From NCBI RefSeq assembly GCF_001949145.1, contig NW_019091362.1, positions 1,247,838-1,311,837 of the forward strand: a stretch of DNA of 64,000 nucleotides, written 5' to 3'. Below are positions 40,301 to 52,300 of the stretch, one piece after another. Positions within the stretch are counted from its first letter, which is position 1, and every line of letters begins with the position of its first letter. The translations under genes and the position numbers were made by a program. Below the pieces are notes generated by a model. That model did no database searches, was not told where the DNA came from, and saw nothing but the letters and a program-made list of their open reading frames with translations. The DNA comes from Acanthaster planci. Lineage: Eukaryota.

Positions 40301-43300
40301 GGGCCTAGATACATGTACATGTACATGTACGTGGGAATGTTGGCCCAGGGATCCACATGACTTTGTGTGCGTCAGCTTCAAATAATTTTATGGGAATCTT
40401 CAGGTTGTGCACCCAGCAATACCAGTGAGTAGTTTGAAGTTGACGTGTATAAACAGGACCGCCTTGCCCAGGTCTGACGACTCTTCATCACATTGTGACC
40501 AACCTCATATACAAAAATTAAAGAAATGTGTGTGTTTGAGGCTGTTACAAGAAATTTTTCACATCACCGCCTGCCCCAATTTTCATGCCTGTCCTGATAT
40601 TTGTTTAATATTTTACCTTTTTTTAGTGGCTCCCCTCCCAAATGCATTTTCCAGATAAACATCTGACTATTCACGAGACACAGTCATATCGTGTTCTAAT
40701 GAAATGATTTGTGTGCGCAACTTAAAACCATGCAGCCACCTTTACTGTAATACCGATACATGATGTGTGCCAGGAGCATGGTATAGCTGTCATGGCTCCT
40801 GAATTATAAATGATGACGTCTCCCATATTAGCATAATAAATCATATGATGTGTCATAAACAGCAGCAGACAGCCATTCAGTCATCTGCCGCTAATTTAGT
40901 TTTTGAAATATGACCAAAATCTGTATCACCCAACAAACAGACATTGCAGACTTCAATTCACTTTGGATGTGACAAAGTTGAATTTATGAAATATAAATTT
41001 CCCTGTCAGTTAAATTTGTTCCTGACTGAGTGATGTGACCCCCCATTAATTTTAAATGGCTTAATCATTGGAAGGCTTCACCAAGAATTCAGAACCGTTT
41101 TGTCAACTCTGGCTCAATTTCTTCAGCTCTTGTTTTGTCTGCAGTGCTGTTACTTCAAGTGCGAATCTTGAGAAGACGGTGCTGGAATTTTAGATGACAT
41201 TCGTTTAACCCATTTCTCAACTCACTAACTCCTGGGCACATGCTCTTTTTTGTTGACGCGCCTTGTATGGGAGCAGGTGTTTGGGGCTGTCAGACAAAAT
41301 ATCATGGTTGACTTACTTAGGATGAATTAAGAACACTGACCTGTATTATGCAAAGGTTAGCTCACAGAAAACAAGAGTTACATGCAGATATCAAGAAATC
41401 AGAATCATATTGGGGTTTGTAAGAGTTTACAGCAAAGGACTAAAGTGATTTACATGTAATTGTGTTTGACATAATTTTTTTGCAGGTTTGATACGACATT
41501 TCTGCCCACTCAGGATTTACATATAAATGGAGTTTAAATCATTTAAACTAGTTCTTAAAAATCAAATCTATTGCCCTGTTAACACAATTTGACATGAATT
41601 GTACTCTATTTAGCATCTTTAGAATAAAACTGAATTGATTATGCAACTGACTTAATTTTCTGAGGTTTGGGACATGAAAAATCCAATGTACAAAAAAGAA
41701 ATATAAACGTCTAATTTGGGCACTTTTCTTACCACAAGTCATGGCTTAATGAAGAGTTTTATTAAGCAACTGTATTACCAGCTGAGATCTCTTATTGAGA
41801 ACAGAGGCTATGTGGCTTGCTCTAAAAAGCTGGTAACATATTGATGGGGGGGGGTTCACACTGGTCTCAGATCTGTCATTAACTATTCACTTGCCTTACT
41901 GAGTGATAGATTCAAGATTTTTTTCATGAGGAATGTAGATGGCTAATGTGTTGTATGGCCACTCTTCATATAGAGAGGGTGAGAGTCTTATATGTCGTCA
42001 ACTGAAATTTGCAGTATGGTGTTACATTATTATTACAAGGCCAAGTACAAAAAAATGAAATAATTCCTTTGTCCCTAGCTTCTATTTTCATCCTGACCTA
42101 TTTTCCACTTTTTTCCTTCTTTGTCTCTCTGTGTGTAAAATTTGCAACAAATTTGACTTTTATTTATTTCACGTAGTAATTGCAAGTTCCAAACCAGCCT
42201 TGCAGACTTAATGGTCCCTCAGACAAAAGAATCAAGAAAATGCATCACATCATCTTGGAAAAATGTTTCACCCCTCCTGAGAATCTGTTTTATATTTTTA
42301 CATGACTAAATATGTGAGAAATTACTATAAATCAGTTGGAAGGGGAATGCTTATAACTTTTTATTCCTTGCCTTCTTTAAACTGCTATTCTGTCAAATAT
42401 TCTCTTTTTTCTTTTCAAATCTGCAGCTGATCACCTATTTTTGCATCAGTATGGCATCCTATGCAATTTACGTAATAGACACCGGCAAGTAAGTATTTTT
42501 TGAATTTCCCTTCTATGTCACCCTAACTCTTTCAATTTTGAAAGTGCACTTTTAATTTCAATTCCTGACTTGATATTTTAAACAGTAATTTGTGTTGTTC
42601 ATTTGGTTTATTTGTTTCCAACTCTTTCTGTTCTCACTTATTTAATTGAGGTTCACCTTGACCTCAGGATCTCTATATAAATTTTCACAGATAGGAACAG
42701 GCAGAGTTATAGACCACAGAGTGGACATTGCTTGTTTTCAATGCACAAGTCATGCCATTTATCAGAAAGTGTCTGCTAATGGCCATATGGGCCAGTCAGA
42801 CATGATCGCTTGTGAAGCCCGTTCACGCTTGGCTGGCCAAGTCCATCATCAGTCCATTGGGTAGCCAAACCGTAGACTCACAGTCAGATCCAGTCAATGC
42901 AGTAGTCGGGCTTGTGCTCAATAGACCTTGCAGAGTAAAGATGCAGCGGTTCCTTGTTAAATAATGGGCGACAACATTAAGAGTGGTAAAGGCAGCAAAT
43001 TGATCAAAACCACCAGGAATCTGAGTAGCGAGCTGAGAGTTTAGTCAGGTCTATCACAATTAAAATAACAAGTGCATTTGTGAACCCAGAGCAAGGGTAA
43101 TGGGCCATCCCCCCTAAAAAAACACACGTACTTTTTTGAAATGTTATAAGAGAAAGGTGTTTTTTTTTAAATTTTAATTTCCCCTCTCATAAAAAAACAT
43201 ATTTCCACAATTTTTAGCAAAAACAAAAAATCACCTTTTCAGGGGTCTGGATGAATTTGAATTTCTTGCCTTTTGAAGAGTGAAGTGTGAGTGACCTGTG

Positions 43301-46300
43301 GTTTAATTGGACTTGAGAGGTCTCATCTACAATCAGCACGTGTCTGATCATTTTAAGATCAATTGTCAAACAGTTTATAAATAGAAAATGCACACAGGAT
43401 GCTATTTTTATCCTGCACTGAGGCATGTGAATTGGCTATCGACAAATACATGCTTTGTCGTGGTTTTTCTGGGCTTTCCCACAAAGTGACCTTGAATATT
43501 CCAACCACTCTTTCGGACTGTGGATGAGAATGTGTACGTATCTTTAATAATAAAAAAATCAGAACTTAGGTTTTTGAGTTCTTTAAGTACAGTCATGGTC
43601 AGTCAAAGTTCATTTTAGATCCCGCTTTTAAGCCAAGGTGTAATTGCTTGTAAACATATTTGTTCACTTGCATACTCTTCGCTGTCTAAAAATATTAATT
43701 CTGAACAGGATTCCAAAATACGGCCGGGCAAGTCTGTAGTTGTGAGTAGTTATGAGCTACCCATCCCCGAATATTTTTCCTGTGAAATTTACTAAATGTC
43801 TACTGGGACTGCCATTCAGGAAAATAGCCTTGTGACCCCCAAAATGACATATTTCCCATAAAGAGACTTGCATGTACTGCGATACCTCAACTGCAAAAAA
43901 CCCACAAACAAAACAAGCCTTTTCAGGACAGTACTTTAGATCTACTGTGTGGATCCAATCAAGCATGTGCCAGAGAAATTGTCTCTCATTCTTGATACAC
44001 TGTTTGTGTACCAGTGACACTGCAGATGGAGGAATGGAATTTGTGCACACTTCAGTTTAGACATGTTGATGAGAACAACAGCTGCCATTATTCCCTAATA
44101 GGTGTGTTTGTGGTTGTTGGTCTCTCACTGCGTAAAAAATAATTGTCACAATGTTTGGGAAACTCCAACAACACATAGGCCTAAATATTTATTGTTGTTA
44201 ATAGCAGTGAATGCATGCTTTCAGTTTACAGGACTGTTTGACTCTCATGTGCAATATTCCTGTTTTGTTAGAAAATGTAAAGCCCGGGTCATACCGAAAG
44301 TAGTTTTATTATAATGATCGTTCTTTTTTGAATAAAGCTAATTGAGATTCCTTGGGTCACTGCACTTTATTGTTCAAGTCTTGAAGAAACTGAAAACCGT
44401 CAGGTTTATTGGAAGACAACTCAGGGGAAAACCCACGGTATCGGCTGGGGATGGAAAGTATGATCCGAACATCAGCATTGGTGCGAATTTAAACCACAGA
44501 CATAGAAAGCATGGTCTATGTACTCATCACCCCTGGCTGTGCACTCCTGAAGTAAATTCATTGTAATTACAAAGAGCGTCACAGCGCCGTCACACCACTC
44601 TTGTTCATTGCATGTCTACAAATGTTTATACCAGAAAGCTCCTTGATTTCTCTTTACAGTAGTTGATGAAAATATAAACTGTGGACATGTACAGGTATAA
44701 ATACATATACCTAGTGTGTCAGGACTGTTTGCTCTAATTCAATTTGTATTGGGTTTCCTATGTGTATCAGCTAGGAATTCATAGTCTCTGTCTTGGTTCT
44801 CAAACAGAAATATATCTGGATCACTTGTGTCAAACTTTGCTGTAACAATATAAACTGTCACTCCAGGGACTATGTACATTCATATCTTTTGTTAGGATGA
44901 TTGGGTAAACATTCAGGACTTGACGAACAATACTGAAAGGAATGCCTTTGTCCACAGAGTAGTCAATGGAAGTTGTCAAATTTGTTTTGGTAGTTAGGCA
45001 CACTCCATACAGAAACTGTGTTCCTGAAGTACTTGTACATGTAAACGGACCTACCAGTAGACATCCCTTGTGGGTTCAGAGCCTCATTAGAAGATAACGC
45101 TTCCTGAATATACAGGGTCCATCACCAGTTAACTGATAAATTCAATAAAATAAATTGCCCTGTTGTTTGAGCCATTGCAGGCTGTGTAATGTCATAGCTA
45201 CATGTGTATGCTATCCTCAAGCATCGTGGTTGGAAAATATACAGAATGCTGAATATCAACACCAAAAATCAAAAAAGAAAGAACATAAGATGACCATTTT
45301 GGGGTATTACAAGATGACTTTAAATGGCCTCCTTAGTATAATGGTCCTAAATATGTAATGTGTGAGCTCCCAGAATTGATTGATGGCTTGCTTTGCTCAC
45401 TTGCAATGTCTCTAAAGGTGTTGGGAGTGTATCAAAACTTGAGAAACCAAATTAGGGCTCATTAGGTCAGAGGCCGCTCATTATTTGATTGATTGATTGA
45501 CAAATTTTGCTAATTGCTAATCCGGATTTAATTACATTTGAGCAAGCCAGAGGAGTGGAGCCCGAAGGTCATAGAGTCGGTGTTGTGTTGAGATGTTTGG
45601 GTACAGCCGTGTGCCTGATGAAAAACGATTAATATGCACGGTGTTATTGCTTTCAATTAGTACTGCTCTTTTTTTCAATACCCACTTTATATGTGTGGTT
45701 GTATAAATCACTTAAACTCAGTCGAATCATTGTTTTCTAGTCCATTTTATTTTTAAGCCATTAGAATGTTTGATTGCTGCTTGAAAATTTCTGTTTACAC
45801 TGATTCCATATGGAGTTGATGACAGAGAGTTGATTGATTACATGTAGTAGGCCTAATGAAATTTTTTCAAATATCCCAACCCTGTTTGGTTCATCTACTT
45901 TTTCATTTGATTTCCCTCAACTGTTTTTCGTGTAAACTTTTTATTTGCATTTCATTCTGTAAAATGCAATGATCAGTAATGGAATTGCACAATATAAGCA
46001 CTTGCATTATTATTATTTTTTTAACTATTATCTTGTGGAACACAAATTTACATCAGGGATTTGGTCATACATATATATCTGCATTACTTGAAGTAATAAA
46101 CGTGTCAAAACAAACAGCCAAACAAAAACAAACAAACAAACAAACAAACAAACACACACCCCGCCCTAAAAAAAGTAAAAGAAAAACAACAACCCAAACA
46201 AACAGGCAAGAAAGGATTTTTTGAGCACTGTTCATATAAATTTTATGTAAAACTATTCAAATTCTGTCTCTGTCATATAGCATGGAGTTCAGTCCAGTAG

Positions 46301-49300
46301 ACACACATGCATAGTTGTGATCATTGATGACCTGTCTTACATTCTGTTGTCCCCTTCCTGACAACAACGAAAATTACCAGGAAATAAAACTTTAGACTGA
46401 CATCTGTGAAATTTGAGCATCACTATAGACTTGTGTTCTTGATTTTTTTTTAGAGACTCCAAGTGAAGCCTTAGTGAAGAATTGCCATGAATTCTTTATT
46501 TTACCGACCCTAATTTGGAAATGTTTTTAAGCAAAATTTTGCAAGGTACAATTTGTTTGTTACTACCTGTTAATTGCAACATCTTGGCTCCACAACATTA
46601 ATTAGTTTTGCCTTTTATTCTTCCCTGTCAGACCCATCGAACGATGTTTGCCAGCAGATCGAGGAGACCTATTGTTTTTTATCGACAACATTTTTAACTT
46701 CTTCTTTCTTGGTGTGTTTATATTCAGGGTAAGTGAACTATCTGTATTCTCTGTGAGGACAACCCCAGCCCAGCTATGGTGCGCCCCCTAATCGCTACCC
46801 CTAGAACTCTAGGAGTTTGTTGTCCACCTTGTTCCCACAGACAACAAACCTTAGAGTTCTAGAGGTGCACTAATCCCCACAAACCTCATCCCATCCACTA
46901 TCAAAACATGCTCTTTTGTTGTTTATCAAAGTCAATCATTTTGCATTGTGGTTTAGAGGATGATATGCTTTTAATAGAGTAAAAACAAACTGACTTCCCA
47001 CCATAGATATGGATTCGTTTTCTTTTTTTTTTCTGATCCATTCAAGAAAAGAATGCATGGCTGATTCTGCTGCCTCTGAAACAGACAATGGACATATCAG
47101 CAGGATTTGTAACTTTTCACTGTTTTTGAACAAACTGAATACAATTCTGTATATTAAACTTAAAATGCAGCTGACACAACTCAGCGTCTGCTTATTTCTC
47201 CGAATGGAATGTCAGTGGATTGAAATTTGCCGCGGCGGATGACAAATGCATCCTTTATAGATCAGTGTTGTAGTTAGTAGACAGTCAGAAAGACCCTGTC
47301 AGACCTTCGCAAGACCAACACTGCCAGTCTGAATTCAAGTCACAAGCTATTCAAATGAACTGCCACACAAGTTTCCATTTGCCGTTGTTCGCCTTGTTAT
47401 TTTATTTGTGAGTGCATATCGTGAATGGTCATGTGACGATCTTGACCACAATGCTGTCGAGCCTCAAAATTGGCTGACTCCCTAATGAAGTGAAATGTGG
47501 ATTGGATTGGTATGCGTTGGTGATGATGGCAAACCTACAGCAATGTAATTAACCACCATGGTTAACTAATTGCGTTTCCGGTGGTATTCATTATGCAAGG
47601 TCCTTTTATTTTCATTCACGTAATTGGTAGAGTAATTAGTGAATTAATTGCTGCATTTATGTGGACTTTAGTGGTGCTGTTGCAGTGTTTATTGCTGTAT
47701 ATCGCAATTTAGTGTATACATGTCAACAATGTGGTTTTCTTTGGCCCAGGGCCAATACATATAAAGTAGTTACATGCTGTGGAAACATTTCATTATGCAA
47801 ATTGCTCAACACCTGAGTGCCTTATAACTGAGTCTGTACATGAAAATGAAAATTCCAAAAATCAGTTTGTTTTTCCTTTTTTGTTTTTCCATTTAAACTT
47901 GAAGAACAAGAGAAGAGTTTTTTTTAACCTTCTCTTTTCTGTTCACTTTCTTCTAGTTAAGGGCAATATGACCCGTGTCAGCACATAAATACATGTACCT
48001 AGATCTTGTACTCTATGGTGCGCTTGGACATGGTGCCTTGTGGGGTACCGGAACAATGGAAGGTACCCCACAAGGCCAGTGTGGATCCTTGTGGGGTACT
48101 AAAGTGGTACCCCACAAGAACTTCACGAAAATTTCAAATTTACTCAAAAAGGAGGAATTTTCAAGTGCCATTCATATCATCTGTCGCAAATTGAAGTATT
48201 TCCATATATTGAAGGGACATACAGTCGAAATTTCAACCCAGGAAACTGAATTTGGTTAAAATGGCAGTGATTTGAAATTTTTTCCGTGTTGTGTGGGAGT
48301 TTTGTACACGGGAACAAAGGAAATACCCCACAAGTATGCATATGTAAGGGTGTGTGCGTTGGCATGGGGTTCATGTAGTGGGTGTGGTTAGTGAGCTCAG
48401 AATGTGAGAAAATTGCTTGTGGGTTATTCCTTCTTTACTTTGTATGTAAAGAATTCCTCATAATCCCCAATCTCAATCATTGCTAATTTGGCCAGCCAGT
48501 GCCTTTTTATCAAGAAACAATATTATTTTTCAGTGTTCAAAGTGTAAATTACATATATCCTTGTTTGTCATTTTCAGATTGCATTATGAAAAGCAACTCG
48601 TTTTTTGACTTTTCTTTATTTAAATTGAAAACGAATGAAATGTAAATGTATGAGGAGCCAACTGCTATGTTCATGTTTTCCCATATTGGTCAGTAATTAC
48701 CTGTACTTGAAATACTTGTTTGCAGTTGGCAAACATAACTTAGACTCCATAAAACTGGCCCTTACCATGAAAGAGCTGATCTAGAACCATTTTTATTGGG
48801 GGGGGGACTTGTTTTATGGAGGGCCAAAAATTTGGAATTTTTTTCCAATTAACTTTTTTATAGGCCTTTCTGGCCTTTCGTGTTGAGTTTACGTGTTTTT
48901 GGCTTTTGTGCAGGCTTTCTGAAGGAAGGGGAAGAAATTAGACCAGATATTTTCATTTTCTCATCTTTCTAGGAAAAACTTGTTGGGGGGGCTGGGCTGT
49001 TGGCTCCTTAGGATCCAATATGGGTATCCTCTGAGTACATAGAAATTCACGTGGGAAAATTTAATTTTTTTTCACATCCTAGGCCTGAAGTGTATCCGTC
49101 CATTCTCTCATATGGACCTGTGAAGTTTCATATTCTAAAATTATGCATAGGTGGATGCAGCACGTAGCCGCTTTCATCAATTTAACACTTATTTAATGAG
49201 ATGTCTCAGTGTGGAGAATTATGACCATTTTTAACATTCCTTCTTTCCCTTCACAGTTCATCAGCTGGAACGACAAGTTTTGGTTTTGGTTTTCGGTCAA

Positions 49301-52300
49301 TACGCTGGTTGACATTTTCACCATTCCACCAACATTTGTTTCCCTCATTATCTCCAGGACATGGCTAGGTAAGTCTTCATGTTATACTCTTTCTTGGGAA
49401 TTAAGTTGTTGTTTATCTGACACTTGAAGAATAAGGAATGGTGGTATAGACAGAGTAGGTTTGGATGGTTTAATTTGGTTCAAGAACATGTGGGATTGCA
49501 GTGATCACTTTCAACTTAAAGACTAGTTCTGTTACTAGGCCTTCATTTGTACAATCTGAGTTTCACTTCAAATGCTACCCACGGAAAGTGCACACAAAAG
49601 AAATGAACCCCATGGGGAACTGGCCAATGTATTACCAGTTCTGTTCGCGGCTTTTTGGCAAGACGAAAATGTCACAACCGCTTTGTGATTTTCTTTTTCT
49701 GATAAGTGTCTTAAAGACAGAGGCATCGAGAGAAGTCCCAAAGATTCATATAAATCAAAGTTATGGCCAGGCTGACAAGTACATATAAAAGTACATGAAA
49801 CATATACATGTCTATATCCACGAAATTGGAAAATTTGTCTTAAAACCGGCAGCATACTTGATGTAAACACCAGTGTCATTAATCAATGTGAAGGTATTTT
49901 GGTCTCTTGTGGGATGCAGCATTTCAGTGATTCTCTGCAGATGGTTTGAGACTTGAGCTACACATGTTCAGATTAGAATAGAGAAAACACCTGGTTCATC
50001 ATGTGCTTTGAAACACAAAACGTTGTAGGGAGGTATGGGTGTGTGATTTTCTTGAGGGAAACAAAATCATTTCAGAGATGAGTTTCTCAACTTGTGAAAA
50101 TCCTGGAGACAATTTTGAACAGTACACACCGGTACTGTCAAAAGAATTGATGTCCCATTTGTTTTTATAGTCTTGCATGTGTTTCTTTGTTGAAATATTC
50201 AATTTTGGTATCTGTGATTGTTTTTAGAGGGGGAGGACTAGTAGGCCAAATGTGTCTTCTTTTTTGGCATTTTTGAAAATCTGACCCCGTTTACAAATGA
50301 AGTAAGTACAAGGCAAATAATGCTAACCCTGACTGTGCACATTGTATTCAGTGGCATAAAACCTTGCCAATGAAAGAAAGATCGGAGGGGGACAAAATCC
50401 TAAAACTACCTGGCTGAGGAGTCTTGGGGGGGGGACTTCGCACCAATGTTAAAAGGAAACAGTACTTTTCATGCTGTCTTTGTGCCATTTATTTTCTGTA
50501 TTCATTTCTATTTGTGAAAATTTGACTGTTGATACAAACTTTAAAAATTGACTTAGTGGCGTACTGTCCCTTCTAAAACATAGGCCATTTGTAGACGTAT
50601 GTGCCCAAAATTGTAGAGGGTTGTACATGTATAAACATTGTAGATGAACAACAAACATTGTACATACAGAGACCTGAAACACAAGTGAGTGAAACCTTGA
50701 GACTGTAGAATACTGTCACAGTAAAGTGGTTAACGGAAAGATTGAGGCAAGATGGTACAATGATTAATTTTGCAAGAACGCCCTTGTGTATACCCTACAA
50801 CAATTGCTTACTTTGCCGCCTTATTAATTTTTGTTTGTTTCATGACTCTCTCTGGGCATGCATCACAGAGTTCAGTTTACATGAACGGAGGCTGACACAT
50901 CAGGGAATGGCGGAATTTGTTTATAGATGCTTTTTGGGCCAGTGGATAGATCAGAAAGTTGAAATAAATGGGCTCAGCCGTCAGAGCCGGAATCCCCTCT
51001 GTTTTGTTTCCTGGAGGATTCACGTCAGTGCCCCATCTTGAGGGAGATGGATTACACAGAGATAGATTCACTGAAAAGGACTGCCATACTGTGTACCTTA
51101 ATGATGGCGTACATTGGAGATCTCTCTTATGGGTTCTTGGTGAAAGAGTACACAGTTGTCTGGTCCATTAATATCTTGCATACCCACAATTTGTACATGT
51201 ACACTTGAGGAGAACATGTAACAAAGAAACAGGCAGGGACATAGTCATGATTGTAAGTTATCTGAGGGTCAGGCAAGAGGAAGTCAATTTTCCATGCAGT
51301 GTCATGCACCATTAGAGGATGGAATTATACTGCTTGTTCTAAATATCAGACAAAAGAACATGTGCTCAGTTTCTGCAAAATAAGACACTTGATGAGCGTT
51401 AAGTAAGAAAATCTAGCAACCAATCCGTACTCAAATACTAATACTTGTAGTAATAATGGGGTACTTTGGGTACAGATGAAAAAGAAAGGGCCGGACATGT
51501 TTGCAAACAGCTCATGCAACTTTGATGTTGGGCCTACATGTATGGTTAATCGTCAGGTTGGTGGAGGCAATTTTCTATTACATGTGCATGCAAGGCACCC
51601 TGTGAATATGATTTTGGTGTTCTAATGTACCTGTGCATATATAGATCATTCTTTTGCTACTTGTATGTCACAGTCATTTTGTGCCAGCCGTGTACTGGTT
51701 GATGAATGGCTAACCTCTATAAACCCTGAAGAATAATTCACATAGTGAATTGAAAAATCCCACACAGTAATCTGAACACTAAATCATGAGTTCAAGTTAT
51801 GTGCATCTACAAAACTTCAAGTTGAACTGTCAAATTAAAACAAGGAACAAATGTGCATTTTGAGGTTAAACCATGGTTAAACTTGCCGCAGACGTTGGTC
51901 ATCTGTATGCAAAAACTGGTCAATGTCTGGCAACTAAAGAAGTTGCATACAACTACACTTTTCTGCGACTTTTAGCTAGGTTTTCTGTTTTCGTGTTTAA
52001 TTGCCACTGGTCAGGTTTGAGATGCTTGCGAATCATGATCCTGATGCAACTGCCCGAGATCCTGCAACTGCTGAGAGTGTTGCGGACCAGCAATGGCATC
52101 AAGTTGACCAGTTTGCTGACCATTGTGGCAGGGGCGTGGCTAACATCGGCGGGCATCTATCACTTGGTGAGTCTCGTCACCTGCTGGAGGTAGCGGAAAG
52201 CTTGCCTAGGTTCATCAATAGGAAAGTGTTATCTATAACCAAGAAATATATAGATCTCGAATTAAACTCAACTGAGTTCATTCAATTGGACTGCTGGACT

